Assembly: GCA_963718565.1 (NCBI GenBank)
Contig: OY970364.1
Location: 160,001 to 224,000 of the forward strand
DNA from: an uncultured Verrucomicrobiae bacterium
GTDB lineage: Bacteria > Chlamydiota > Chlamydiia > Chlamydiales > Rhabdochlamydiaceae
Direction: 5' to 3'
Length of the DNA stretch: 64,000 nucleotides
Below are positions 9,888-20,337 of this stretch, one piece after another (position 1 is the first letter of the stretch; each line of letters opens with the position of its first letter). The notes below the pieces were generated by a model, which searched no databases, was not told where the DNA came from, and saw only the letters and a list, made by a program, of their open reading frames with translations. A program made the translations under genes and the position numbers.

Positions 9888-10406
9888 TTGTATTCTAGAA
9901 TAATTAGACTGGCCTTCGTCTTAACTTCCCTAGCACCCGTCTTTCTGTCGCTAGCTTTTGTGGCCTATTTGCAAAGCGGTATAGGTATCCAGACCATCTT
10001 CATGACTTGTATGGCATTAGCGCTTTTTTTTGGCTGTGTTCTTTTCGCGCGGTATGGAGTTACAAAACTTGAGGTGTTTTCTGAGAGAGTTGAGGGAATA
10101 AAAAGCGCCGATTCTGAGGTTCTCTCTTTCTTGTTTATTTATTCGTTTCCTTTTTTGACTAAAGCAGAACTTTTGCCTGATTATCCAACCTCCATTTACA
10201 TCGCAATTGTTTTTGGCGCGATATTGTACAATTTAAATTGCTTGTATTTCAGTCCAATCCTTGGCATACTCGGTTACCATCTCTATGAGGTAAATTTAAC
10301 GAACGGGGTTACCTGCGTATTGCTTTCAAAACGGACTTTCCGCGGCGTTCCTAATGGACTACGGATTGTGCGTTTGTCTGAATACGTACTAATAGAGAAG
10401 GAATAG
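9888..10406 (+). CDS. kwaA: Kiwa anti-phage system membrane protein KwaA
   Basis: Four hydrophobic segments, SFLFIYSFPFL and SPILGILGYHLYEV motifs, directly upstream of a KwaB-like gene. Confidence 0.8.
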   Translation: MYSRIIRLAFVLTSLAPVFLSLAFVAYLQSGIGIQTIFMTCMALALFFGCVLFARYGVTKLEVFSERVEGIKSADSEVLSFLFIYSFPFLTKAELLPDYPTSIYIAIVFGAILYNLNCLYFSPILGILGYHLYEVNLTNGVTCVLLSKRTFRGVPNGLRIVRLSEYVLIEKE

Positions 10407-10410
10407 CACT

Positions 10411-11292
10411 TTGGAAGATCGGCTTTTCAATTTTTTTGTGCTCACAAATATTCCTCAGCATCGTATCTTGCATGTACAGATTACATTTGACCTTCAGAAA
10501 ACCCTCACAGCAGAGTTTCGGCGTCAACGAAATGAGTTTATGCGGGAACGAGAAGAAATTGAATACAAACCTGGTTATCATTTAGATCCGCATGAGGTAT
10601 TTAAGATTAGCCCGTTTGATGATTTGGACAATCTTCTCTCTATTACAAGTTCTCCTTCCTCATTGAATTCGCTCGAGCCAGATTCTGAGTTATACGGACA
10701 TATCACGGCCTTCTTCTCGATAGCGGATGATGATAAAGAATTGCTTTTTCAGAACTTTGATAGGAGAAGGGTGATTTCAACCAAAGGGTCACTGATATGG
10801 TCTGGTAATACATATCGTCAAATGGATGCACCTGGATTAAACCTTGCTATAAGTTTGGCTGCAATTTTACGACGTGACGACTTGCTCTTTCATAGTTCCT
10901 GGTGCGCGAGGCGGATTTTTGACCTAACGCAGTATCTAAGAGAGGCCACTGATGATCAAATCATGCAATTCCTTACACACACACATTTCCATTGCTCGGA
11001 TATTAACAAGGTGATTGAAAAATTCAGTACTTGGGAGAGAACCAAAGTGTGCCTAATTCTTGAGTCTGGAATCTTAGATGACTTTAACCCAGAGCAAATG
11101 AAAATGGTGGCAGCAGATCTTCAGTACGAACTACTGCTCAATAACGAAGGTCGCATGATATTCCCTGAGGACAAAAAGCGGTTAAAAGGAATGCTTCGTT
11201 TTCTTGCCGAGGATTATATGATGTCACCTCTTACTGAAAAACTCCATGTTGTAACCTCTAAAAGACCCATTATCTCGCCGTCATCGATATAG
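10411..11292 (+). CDS. kwaB: Kiwa anti-phage protein KwaB (DUF4868-like)
   Basis: YKPGY, LLFQNFDRRRVI, LLFHS...RRIFDLTQYLREATD, LRFLAEDY pattern. Confidence 0.8.
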   Translation: MEDRLFNFFVLTNIPQHRILHVQITFDLQKTLTAEFRRQRNEFMREREEIEYKPGYHLDPHEVFKISPFDDLDNLLSITSSPSSLNSLEPDSELYGHITAFFSIADDDKELLFQNFDRRRVISTKGSLIWSGNTYRQMDAPGLNLAISLAAILRRDDLLFHSSWCARRIFDLTQYLREATDDQIMQFLTHTHFHCSDINKVIEKFSTWERTKVCLILESGILDDFNPEQMKMVAADLQYELLLNNEGRMIFPEDKKRLKGMLRFLAEDYMMSPLTEKLHVVTSKRPIISPSSI

Positions 11293-11298
11293 TCAATT

Positions 11299-13722
11299 TC
11301 AATATGTGTTCGATAGGCGTTTGGAAAGTGTACGAGGGTCTATTGCTAGATATAGATATTTCTGAAAGCCTGAGAACACCCTGCTAATTTCATCAGCGGG
11401 CATTTTAAGCTTGGTAATGGCATCGGTGATGGAATTGTGATATTTGAGTCGTAATAAGGGAGCCAATTTTTCTTGATCAAGTTCCTCGACGCCAACGTTA
11501 ACATAGTGCGAAAGCACAAAATCGAGAAAGACTTGTTGGTTGCTGTTGAAATCCTGACCGATGAGGACCTTAGCTCTTGCTGCGCGTTCTTCGCGCGTAA
11601 GTGGGGGAAGGGCATACGCCACGTAAGCCAATACGTCGAACAGATCGCTCTTCTCAGCGTTAATGATCTTCTGCATCTCGAACAATTGTTCACTGCCAAA
11701 GCCTTTCTCAGCGAGTCCTTGCAAGAGTTTCTTCCGGGTATCCGGCATGCTCCATAGAGTACGGAGTTCTTTTTCATCTTTGAAAAACTCTGGCAATTTG
11801 CCAAAAAGCTGTTCCATAAACTGCTGCGCAGACAGCGGCGTCCCATCGGGATGCCAGAACGTGGTGGCCATCATGTGTTGGATATCACGTTCTTTGCCAT
11901 CAGCGAGTTTTACTTTCGCTCTTATCTTTTTCTTGCATACGCAATCTATGTTCCCGCAAACAGCACAGGGTTCTTTTGGACATTCACAGGGGCGCTGTTG
12001 GCACGTCGAGCATGGTTGCGGAGTTCTCCTTTTGCATTCACAAGGCCGACAACTACACTTTGAGCATGGGAGCTCTTCTACTGGCGGTCCATCCCATTCC
12101 GGGTCTTGGAAACGATGATGAGCTTTCACAAAGTCATAAATCGTGAAGTAATCCTTCCCGTCGTATAGACGTGTGCCTCGTCCGATGATTTGCTTAAATT
12201 CAATCATAGAATTCACTGGACGCATGAGAATAATATTGCGGATGTTGCGGGCGTCTACTCCTGTTGAGAGTTTCTGCGAGGTCGTAAGGATAGCTGGTAT
12301 TGTTTTCTCGTTGTCTTGAAAAGCGCGTAGGTGCTGATCTCCAAGGGTTCCATCGTTAGCTGTTACTCTTTGGCAGTAATTGGGATCTTTGCTTGTCTTA
12401 ATCTGATTGATTAAATCGCGCACCATCAATGCGTGATTCTGTGTAGCGCAGAATACAAGAGTCTTCTCATTTTGATTGATCTGGTTCATGAAAATTTCAA
12501 CTCGCTTTCTCTCGCGTTCTTTGATTTCGATGATTTTATTGAAATCAGACTCTGTGTAACGCTTTCCACCTTCAATTTCGCCATCAACCAAGTCATCATC
12601 GGGTGTATAGACATAGTCGTCGAGGGTTGTGGAAATCTGCTGTACCTTGAAGGGCGTGAGGAAACCGTCATTGATACCTTCCTTGAGCGAGTAGATATAA
12701 ACCGGCTCGCCGAAGTAATCGTAGGTATCCACGTTATCCTTGCGCTTGGGTGTGGCGGTTAGCCCTAACTGCACTGCTGGGGAGAAGTATTCAAGAATGC
12801 CTCGCCAGTTGCTCTCGTCGTTTGCACCTCCGCGATGGCACTCGTCAATGATGATGAAATCGAAGAAGTCGGGCGGATACTCCCCAAAATAGGGAGATGG
12901 CTGCCCATCCTTGGGAGGACCACTCATAAAAGTCTGGAAAATAGTAAAGAATAAGCTGCCGTTTTTTGGCACCCTGCCATTCTTTCGGATATCCATCGGA
13001 TCAATACGCATAAGTGCATCCTCAGGAAAAGAGGAGAAGGCGTTGAAGGCTTGATTTGCTAGGATATTACGGTCAGCGAGAAAGAGGATACGTGGTCGGC
13101 GCGAAGGTTCTCGGGTCAGGTTCCAACGGCTATAAAACAGTTTCCAAGCGATTTGAAATGCGATAAACGTCTTTCCTGTGCCAGTGGCAAGGGTTAGGAG
13201 AATGCGTTGACGATCTTCACCAATCGCCTCCATTACCCGTTCAACCGCAATGTCCTGATAGTAGCGACTGGAATGTGAGCCACTCTTGTCCTCAAAAGGG
13301 ATGTCAGCGAATCGATTCCGCCAAGCATTTACCTTGGCGAAGGTCGTATTCCAGAGTTCGTCTGGTGTGGGATAGCACGCGATCTTGCCTTCCTTCCCGG
13401 TCTCCATATCGATGCCATAGATGCCTTGGCCATTGGTGGAATAGGTAAAGCGAATGGCTAACTTGCTCGCGTAATTCTTTGCCTGGGCAACGCCTTCCGT
13501 CAATGGTTCTTCCCAAGGTTTAGCCTCGATGACAGCGATCTTATGATTGCGATAAACTAGCACATAATCAGCGCTTAGCGGTTTCCCGCGTCTCCCATGA
13601 CCTTCGACACGGCCCGGCGTAATGGAGTACTCGCGCAGAATTTTGCTGCCCTCAACGACGCCCCAACCAGCCGCTTTTAATGCGGGATCGATATGTTCTG
13701 CTCTGGTTTCGGCTTCGTTCAT
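11299..13722 (-). CDS. hsdR: Type I restriction enzyme R subunit (EcoAI/EcoEI-like)
   Basis: ADY...IEAK nuclease, ATGTGKT, DECHRG, LTATP, QIIGRGTR helicase motifs. Confidence 0.95.
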   Translation of the reverse strand: MNEAETRAEHIDPALKAAGWGVVEGSKILREYSITPGRVEGHGRRGKPLSADYVLVYRNHKIAVIEAKPWEEPLTEGVAQAKNYASKLAIRFTYSTNGQGIYGIDMETGKEGKIACYPTPDELWNTTFAKVNAWRNRFADIPFEDKSGSHSSRYYQDIAVERVMEAIGEDRQRILLTLATGTGKTFIAFQIAWKLFYSRWNLTREPSRRPRILFLADRNILANQAFNAFSSFPEDALMRIDPMDIRKNGRVPKNGSLFFTIFQTFMSGPPKDGQPSPYFGEYPPDFFDFIIIDECHRGGANDESNWRGILEYFSPAVQLGLTATPKRKDNVDTYDYFGEPVYIYSLKEGINDGFLTPFKVQQISTTLDDYVYTPDDDLVDGEIEGGKRYTESDFNKIIEIKERERKRVEIFMNQINQNEKTLVFCATQNHALMVRDLINQIKTSKDPNYCQRVTANDGTLGDQHLRAFQDNEKTIPAILTTSQKLSTGVDARNIRNIILMRPVNSMIEFKQIIGRGTRLYDGKDYFTIYDFVKAHHRFQDPEWDGPPVEELPCSKCSCRPCECKRRTPQPCSTCQQRPCECPKEPCAVCGNIDCVCKKKIRAKVKLADGKERDIQHMMATTFWHPDGTPLSAQQFMEQLFGKLPEFFKDEKELRTLWSMPDTRKKLLQGLAEKGFGSEQLFEMQKIINAEKSDLFDVLAYVAYALPPLTREERAARAKVLIGQDFNSNQQVFLDFVLSHYVNVGVEELDQEKLAPLLRLKYHNSITDAITKLKMPADEISRVFSGFQKYLYLAIDPRTLSKRLSNTY

Positions 13723-13730
13723 AGGGTGGC

Positions 13731-14888
13731 CTAAAGGTTCCCATTGAAGGCTTGGGCTAGGAGCGACTGTTTTAATTTCTCTAGTGCGGCAAGTTTCTGC
13801 TGATAGACGACTTCCAGACGGTGGGTTTCAACCCAAAGAGCCTCACACTCAGCAGCAATGCGTTCTTGTTCCTTGAGTTGTTGTGGAACTGCTATCGTCA
13901 AGAAACTCCATTTGGATTTGTTAATAATTGGCAAGGTGGCCTGGCCTGAACTCAAGAGTACGCGTCGCTGAAAATTTTCAGTAAGCATCTGATAATAAAC
14001 GAATTTATAAGATATGCCGTTAAATGGTATCAGTGAATTGATTTGTTGGTTCGTCGTTATATTTTGATCGCAATGGCCACATTTTCCAATGGTCGCGCCT
14101 ATGCAGACCATCAGTACCGACCTAGCCGGAACTTTGCGTGCTTCCGACAACCCTTGCTCTGAGAGACCATCGTTCTTATAATCAAGAGAGCCGTCAATAT
14201 TGAAGTCACCCGGCTTTATGAAAGGAATAAAGTTGCCATAGTTCTCTTTTCTAGAAGTTGTGGGTGTGGACCCTGTCTGCGTCGTGCCAATCTGTTCAAG
14301 TGACTTTTCTAACCACCCATCACCCCGCTGAGTAAACACCGTGTTGAGATGGCTTTCGAAAAGGGCTCGAGCGTTTTGGAGGTTCTTTTCGGCGTTGGTT
14401 TTGGCGGTGGCGATACCATCAAACGCTTTGTCGAGGATGGCGACAATTCGTTGTTGTTCGGTGAGCGATATAAACGCGATGGGCAGAGCCTCGATTTCTG
14501 ATTTGCTGATTGAGGCAAAAACTGCTCCTTCTTTTCCTGCGATCTCTGGTTGCAAATACAGCAGTTGGTAAAATAAGAAATCACGATTTAGTTCACCTCT
14601 ACTGCGGATTGCAGCCAACCCTCTTCCAATACAAGCTTCATAGGTAGCAAAGTTGATTGGTCCAACGGGAGCACGAACAGACATGAGGATATCACCATAT
14701 CGTGCAATCTTGGTGATTTGAGTAGTCCAGGTCGTTGGATCTTCAATGAACTTTTCCCCAAAGTCTTTTTTTCCTTGATAGAAGGGTATTCCCTTGCCAT
14801 CGGTATTGTAAAACTTTCCTTCCGGGGATTGGCCCGCTATAACTTCACACAGATCACCGATTTGTTTGCGTTGCCATCCGTTTTTCAT
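13731..14888 (-). CDS. hsdS: Type I R-M specificity subunit
   Basis: Two target-recognition domains with EQQRIVAILD and EQERIAA conserved regions; ends LKQSLLAQAFNGNL. Confidence 0.95.
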   Translation of the reverse strand: MKNGWQRKQIGDLCEVIAGQSPEGKFYNTDGKGIPFYQGKKDFGEKFIEDPTTWTTQITKIARYGDILMSVRAPVGPINFATYEACIGRGLAAIRSRGELNRDFLFYQLLYLQPEIAGKEGAVFASISKSEIEALPIAFISLTEQQRIVAILDKAFDGIATAKTNAEKNLQNARALFESHLNTVFTQRGDGWLEKSLEQIGTTQTGSTPTTSRKENYGNFIPFIKPGDFNIDGSLDYKNDGLSEQGLSEARKVPARSVLMVCIGATIGKCGHCDQNITTNQQINSLIPFNGISYKFVYYQMLTENFQRRVLLSSGQATLPIINKSKWSFLTIAVPQQLKEQERIAAECEALWVETHRLEVVYQQKLAALEKLKQSLLAQAFNGNL

Positions 14889-16501
14889 ACCAGTCCTCTG
14901 ATATTTGCCAGCACAGCGGCACTTGCAGCAGCCAACGCAGTAATCTCGTCCATGATCTCAGCAGGACTGCGATGCGCTATTACCTCGCCGCCATTCGGGT
15001 TCTTCACAGATAAATCGAAAGTCATCTGATCAATATTTTTGGCATCCACACTCCAGCTCTTGGGCGAGTCAGCAAAAGTTTTCTGCAATTCGACAAATTC
15101 AGTGAGGTCGGCATCGTTGAGAGGATTGGTCTTGCCGAGATTGCGACCGGGGTCAAGTTGATAATACCAGACCTTCCGTGTTTTCATACCTTTCTCGAAA
15201 AACAGAACTATGGTCTTTACGCCTGCACCTTGGAAGGTTCCCCCAGGACAGTCGAGCACAGTATGCAGGTCGCAGTTTTCCAATAGGAATTGACGCAGGC
15301 TGACTGAGGCATTATCCGTGTTGGAAAGGAAGGTGTTTTTGATAACCACTCCCGCCCGGCCGCCGGCTTTGAGCATCTTAATGAAGTGCTGAAGGAATAG
15401 AAAGGCCGTTTCTCCAGTACGAATAGGGAAGTTTTGCTGTACTTCCTTGCGTTCCTTGCCGCCGAATGGCGGATTGGCGAGAATTACATCGAAGCGGTCC
15501 TTTTCTTGAATGCCGTCGAGGTTTTCGGAAAGAGTATTTACGTGCAAAATATTTGGGGCCTCGATGCCATGCAAAATCAAATTCATGATTGCGATGATGT
15601 AGGCTAGAGGCTTCTTCTCTTTGCCGGTGAAAGTGCAGGTTTGGAGTATGGCGAGATCTTTAGTAGTGAGGTTGCCTTTTGACTTTAGGTAATCAAATGC
15701 TTCACACAAAAACCCTGCCGAGCCAACTGCGCCGTCATAAATTGTTTCGCCGATCTTCGGTTGTACCACCTGTACAATGGCACGGATAAGCGGTCGGGGG
15801 GTGTAATACTCACCGCCATTACGGCCGGCATTACCCATGTTCTTGATTTTTGTTTCGTATAGGTGCGAAAGCTCGTACTTCTCAGTCTGCGAACGAAAAC
15901 GCAACTCGTCAATTTGATCGATGATTTCCCGTAGGTTGTAGCCGCTGGCAATCTTGTTTCTAATTTCTGCGAAAATTTCGCCAATTTTGTATTCGATAGT
16001 ATTCGAATCTGCTTTGGCCTTAAAGCTGTGAAGGTAAGGGAAGAGCTTCTTATTAACAAAAACCAGTAAGTCATCGCCAGTCAAAGCGAGTTTGTGGTCA
16101 ATCTTTCCGTCATTGTCTTTGGGTGCTGCCCAGCTTTCCCAGCGATAGGGCTTTTCGAGGGTGAAGGAATATCCTCCTCCGCTTAATTCAGCCTCAAGGG
16201 CCTTATCATGCTCTAAGGCATCTAAGTATTTCAGAAATAAAATCCACGATGTCTGCTCCGTATAATCCAATTCACTCGTGCAGCCTGCATCCTTCCAAAG
16301 GACGTCATCGATATTCTTAAAAGCGCGCTCAAACATAAGTGCCTCATTTCCAATAAGAGCACTTCCCAATTCGGATTCGCTCTTGCCTAGAAAAGAATCC
16401 TCGGTGCCCTGTTCGGCCACCGTATCAAAACTTAATTTATCATCGTTAATAAATCGTTGGGATCTGGCACTGTTTTTTGAAATTTTGCGTTTAACTTGCA
16501 T
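14885..16501 (-). CDS. hsdM: Type I R-M N6-adenine methyltransferase (true start may be the ATG at 16336)
   Basis: GEYYTPR, DGAVGSAGFL, NPPF motifs. Confidence 0.95.
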   Translation of the reverse strand: MQVKRKISKNSARSQRFINDDKLSFDTVAEQGTEDSFLGKSESELGSALIGNEALMFERAFKNIDDVLWKDAGCTSELDYTEQTSWILFLKYLDALEHDKALEAELSGGGYSFTLEKPYRWESWAAPKDNDGKIDHKLALTGDDLLVFVNKKLFPYLHSFKAKADSNTIEYKIGEIFAEIRNKIASGYNLREIIDQIDELRFRSQTEKYELSHLYETKIKNMGNAGRNGGEYYTPRPLIRAIVQVVQPKIGETIYDGAVGSAGFLCEAFDYLKSKGNLTTKDLAILQTCTFTGKEKKPLAYIIAIMNLILHGIEAPNILHVNTLSENLDGIQEKDRFDVILANPPFGGKERKEVQQNFPIRTGETAFLFLQHFIKMLKAGGRAGVVIKNTFLSNTDNASVSLRQFLLENCDLHTVLDCPGGTFQGAGVKTIVLFFEKGMKTRKVWYYQLDPGRNLGKTNPLNDADLTEFVELQKTFADSPKSWSVDAKNIDQMTFDLSVKNPNGGEVIAHRSPAEIMDEITALAAASAAVLANIRGLV

Positions 16502-16600
16502 CGCGGATGCTTGTATTTAATTGTAATCGAACGGTAATATACAATTCGCAATTAAATTACATCAACTAAAATTAATTATGGATAATAATTTATAATTTAA

Positions 16601-17368
16601 ATGGACTATAACAGTAATCGATCTAGAAATTTGTTTCATGTAAATGAACTAAAACCGTACAAGCTAAGTCGGTCAAAGATCCAAAATTTTCTCGACTGCA
16701 CACGCTGTTTCTTTCTCGATCGAAAATGTGGCACAGGCCGTCCGCCGTCTTACCCATTCACACTCAATAATGCAGTGGATGCGCTTTTGAAGAGAGAGTT
16801 TAATCGATACCGCGAACAGGGCAAGGTACACCCTCTATGTTTGCAGCATGGAATTGATGCTGTTCCTTTTGACCATCCCGATCTCGATGAGTGGCGCATG
16901 AACCTGAAGGGCATCCAATATCATCATGGACCTACGAACTTTATCATTACCGGCTCGGTCGATGATGTTTGGGTAAAGCCTAATGGAGAGCTGATTGTGG
17001 TGGATTATAAGGCTACCAGTACGACCAAGGCTATAACGCTCGATGAGGAGTACCGTCAGGCGTACAAGAGGCAGATGGAGATCTATCAATGGCTTCTTAG
17101 AAGAAACGGTTTCCAGGTTTCAAAAACTGGATATTTTGTCTATTGCAATGGAGACTCTCAAAAGGAAGACCTTTCCGGGAAGCTGGAGTTTTCAATTTCT
17201 GTGATTCCTTACATTGGAGATGATTCTTGGGTCGAGCCAACCCTATTGGAAATTCGGGAGTGTCTCGAGGCAGATAAGATCCCCAGTCCAACTGATGAAT
17301 GTGATTTTTGCCAATATTGGGCAGCAGTAAAAAAGCATATCGATAATGAAGGAATTGTGAATGGCTGA
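16601..17368 (+). CDS. PD-(D/E)XK (RecB-like) nuclease
   Basis: LSRSKI...CTRCF, GSVDD, VVDYK, QMEIY, C-terminal CDFC. Confidence 0.85.
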   Translation: MDYNSNRSRNLFHVNELKPYKLSRSKIQNFLDCTRCFFLDRKCGTGRPPSYPFTLNNAVDALLKREFNRYREQGKVHPLCLQHGIDAVPFDHPDLDEWRMNLKGIQYHHGPTNFIITGSVDDVWVKPNGELIVVDYKATSTTKAITLDEEYRQAYKRQMEIYQWLLRRNGFQVSKTGYFVYCNGDSQKEDLSGKLEFSISVIPYIGDDSWVEPTLLEIRECLEADKIPSPTDECDFCQYWAAVKKHIDNEGIVNG

Positions 17369-18026
17369 AATCGTCTATGTTCTAACTAATGAGGCAATGC
17401 CGGGCATTGTAAAGATCGGAAAGACAACCGATATAGAACAGAGGAAGGGGGCGCTAGATAATACTTCGATACCTTTGCCCTTTCAGTGCTACTATGCGGC
17501 CAGAGTAGACAAGAGTGCGTGGGTGGAAAAAAAAGTGCACGATATATTTGGCGATAAACGAATTCGAAAAAACAGAGAGTTTTTTCGAGTAGACCCTAGT
17601 CAAGTGAAGTGTGCGATTGAGCTGGTCGCCATCGAGGATGTTACTCCACGGATCAATGATGAATTATCGAGCGATGATCGCAAGGCTCTTGATGATTTCA
17701 ATGAAAGACGACAGCCGTTTCGGTTTTCTCTAGCACGGGTTCCTGTGAATGCAAAAATACAATTTGAACGAGATAAAACGATAGAATGTCGTGTTGTCAG
17801 TGATAAAAACATTGAATTTGAAGGCGAAATAACTACGCTTAGTCGCGCAGCTTCCATTTTACTTGAGAGAAGGGGATGGAAATCCTCGCCAAATGTTCAA
17901 GGACCTTTGTATTGGCTCTATGAAGACGAAACCCTAAATGAAAGACGCTTGAGGTTCGAGGATAAGGTTCTTACTTCGGGTTCTTTCGAATGCCCTGGTA
18001 AAGAGTCGAGCTTGAACCCCCAGTAA
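17361..18026 (+). CDS. T5orf172/GIY-YIG domain protein
   Basis: IVYVLTNEAMPGIVKIGKT, PLPF, NREFF. Confidence 0.88.
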   Translation: MAEIVYVLTNEAMPGIVKIGKTTDIEQRKGALDNTSIPLPFQCYYAARVDKSAWVEKKVHDIFGDKRIRKNREFFRVDPSQVKCAIELVAIEDVTPRINDELSSDDRKALDDFNERRQPFRFSLARVPVNAKIQFERDKTIECRVVSDKNIEFEGEITTLSRAASILLERRGWKSSPNVQGPLYWLYEDETLNERRLRFEDKVLTSGSFECPGKESSLNPQ

Positions 18027-18094
18027 AGCGATTTTTGAATTCCCAAATATGATCTTGGATTTTGCGGAACAAAGCCAATTTTTTCCTTCAGCGC

Positions 18095-18625
18095 TTAGTA
18101 CTGCATGCAATTTCTTGCTGCTTGTAACGCTCTGAGTTCCGAAAGAGATCGAAATAAGATCTTTTCCAGAGTAATTTCATAGCGAGAAAGTAACGCTAGT
18201 TCATCGCCTTCAAAGCCCCCCAGTACTTCGATGATTTTTCCATTACCATAAGACTTTTGCTCGGCATGGTTGATCAGCATTGATTCCATTTGGGTTACTC
18301 TGGATAGCCTCCATGCTGCAGCTAGGGCTCGCTCCCAAAACAGCCTTTCTAAAAATCCTTGAGGTTGAAAATGGTCATAGAATTCAGTTTCAAGGCTTTC
18401 AAAGTCTCTTTTGGATTCACCATCGAGCAAGATTTGTTTGCTAAACACCCCATGTTTTAAGGCGTTTTTAGCAACAACTCCTCTACCTGCTTCTGTTTTG
18501 GGACCCGTGGATAGCTTGGCATTGTGGCGATTCGCATCGAATTGCTTCTGCGTGGAGTTCTTCTGATTTCCGATTTCTGATTTTTCTATGGAAATCGGAA
18601 AATCGGAAATTTGTGTGTTTATCAT
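18095..18625 (-). CDS. Hypothetical protein with N-terminal NRxNA...STGPKTxxG...NALKHG motif
   Basis: Motif read directly; translationally coupled to the primase gene. Confidence 0.7.
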   Translation of the reverse strand: MINTQISDFPISIEKSEIGNQKNSTQKQFDANRHNAKLSTGPKTEAGRGVVAKNALKHGVFSKQILLDGESKRDFESLETEFYDHFQPQGFLERLFWERALAAAWRLSRVTQMESMLINHAEQKSYGNGKIIEVLGGFEGDELALLSRYEITLEKILFRSLSELRALQAARNCMQY

Positions 18626-20337
18626 ATAAGTCCTTGGTTTTTAGCTTTTTTTATTCTTGTTTCGACCTGGGATTTAGTCAGGCCAGTTTTTTGCATAATT
18701 TTCTCAATTGTCAAACCTTCTTTAACAGCTTCTGCTACAGCGGAAACTTCAGCATCGATAGGAGCTTCACTCATTTCCCATTGCCACAATCCATCGTTCT
18801 GTTCTTTAAGTTGAACTTGGAAAGAAGCGGCAGCCTCTCCTGCAAAATGCCTTGTTTTTTCGAAAACGATCTCAAAATATGAACCTTGGTCAGAGCAGTA
18901 GCCTTGTGGCTGTCTAAGCAAGATCACGGTATCGAGAATGTCCTCTTTTTTACTTGTGCCTCGTTGCTGGCCGCCCTTGGCTGCATGATGGATAAAGAGA
19001 ACCGATTTGCCTCGTCGCCGCAGTTCTAGTGCCCAATCCTGTACCGGCTGCCAACTTTCGGCTTCGTTTTCAATTCCGCTGCGGAAAAGGGTGGACACGT
19101 TATCGATGATGATCAGATCACTGCCCTCGATAGATCGTTCCACGGAATCGCGTCCTTCTCTTGTTGAGAGGTCTGGCATCGGTCCTTCTTGAAGGTCTGG
19201 TGTGATCAAGCGGAGAAAATCGCAGCTTGGCAATTTTAAATCCTCGGTAACTGAAATTCGTCTTAATCGTTCTTGCATTGCAACCGCCGGCATTTCTCCA
19301 TCTATGTACAGCACTTTCCTGGGTTTTGGTGCATGCCATTTCAGAAATTTTCCGCCAGTTGCGACAGCATAAGCGATTCCAAGGGCGACGTGTGTTTTTC
19401 CGACTCCTCGTTTTGCATAAAGGAGACAAAGTCCTTGAGTGGGAAGGAAGGGAGCAAGAATCATTTCTCGTTCTGGAAGTTCCATATTCAAAAATTCATC
19501 CATTGAAACGACTCGAATTTTTTCTTTGGGTTGAGCGGGCGCATAGTCGGGGGTTCTGTCGATGATTTCAAGCAACTGTCCTGTCGTCTTTCCTTCTGCC
19601 AACCAATCGCTGATATCTTTTCCATGTGATTCTTGATATTCCAGTCCCGGTAAATCAACGACACGGAGACGTTTTACTTTTCCATAGAGATTTTTGCACA
19701 ACAGGTTGCGTCTTTCCAAGCCTGTTTTATCCATGTCGTAGAGAATGATAACATCGGCGTTCTTCAGGATTTGAGTGAATTCGTCGGTCCATGTGAGAGA
19801 TTCCGGCGAAGTGGTCGCGGTCAGGTTATACCCCGCAAGTTTATCGGCATCCTTTTCGCCTTCAACGAGGAAGATGAGTGACTTATCGGAGATCCCTTTG
19901 AGAACTTCGGGCAGTCGATAAAGAACTTTTCTGCATCCTTTTAAGCTCTTGATAACTTGGCCATTTTCGATAGTACGTTCAGAATAGAGGCTCTTTGCTT
20001 TTCCATCGAAGCCGGGTTCGATTCGAATTTTTCGATAGAGCTCTTGGCCATTCTCATCTTGGTAGGAATAAACGGTTCGTTTGGACCCAAGCTGTCCGTT
20101 TACTGGGCAAAAGAGTTCGGAAACCTGAATGCTGAGGCAGGCGCATACGTCTTCGATCGAGCATCCAGCAAAGCATTTTAGTAGGATTTTTCCGTCAATG
20201 CCTTCTGATATCGAAAGACTCGGATTTGAATCGTCATGAGCGGGACAGCAAGCTGAATATCCTGAGCTTGTTCGTTGTGCAGTTTTGCCCGTTCTAGACT
20301 GAAGGTGTCCTAAAAATTCATGAAGCTTCATTCTCAA
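18622..20337 (-). CDS. Primase-helicase (Zn-binding + TOPRIM + AAA_25/RepA-type helicase)
   Basis: CPAHDD...CFAGC, VEGEKD, YDMD, GKDISDW, AKRGVGKT, YIDGEM, IIDN, IHHAAK. Confidence 0.9.
   Translation of the reverse strand: MRMKLHEFLGHLQSRTGKTAQRTSSGYSACCPAHDDSNPSLSISEGIDGKILLKCFAGCSIEDVCACLSIQVSELFCPVNGQLGSKRTVYSYQDENGQELYRKIRIEPGFDGKAKSLYSERTIENGQVIKSLKGCRKVLYRLPEVLKGISDKSLIFLVEGEKDADKLAGYNLTATTSPESLTWTDEFTQILKNADVIILYDMDKTGLERRNLLCKNLYGKVKRLRVVDLPGLEYQESHGKDISDWLAEGKTTGQLLEIIDRTPDYAPAQPKEKIRVVSMDEFLNMELPEREMILAPFLPTQGLCLLYAKRGVGKTHVALGIAYAVATGGKFLKWHAPKPRKVLYIDGEMPAVAMQERLRRISVTEDLKLPSCDFLRLITPDLQEGPMPDLSTREGRDSVERSIEGSDLIIIDNVSTLFRSGIENEAESWQPVQDWALELRRRGKSVLFIHHAAKGGQQRGTSKKEDILDTVILLRQPQGYCSDQGSYFEIVFEKTRHFAGEAAASFQVQLKEQNDGLWQWEMSEAPIDAEVSAVAEAVKEGLTIEKIMQKTGLTKSQVETRIKKAKNQGLI

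Noticed and set aside
16601..17368. Cas4 or CRISPR-Cas locus
   Set aside because: No repeat-spacer array or other cas genes were seen; a generic RecB-like nuclease fits.
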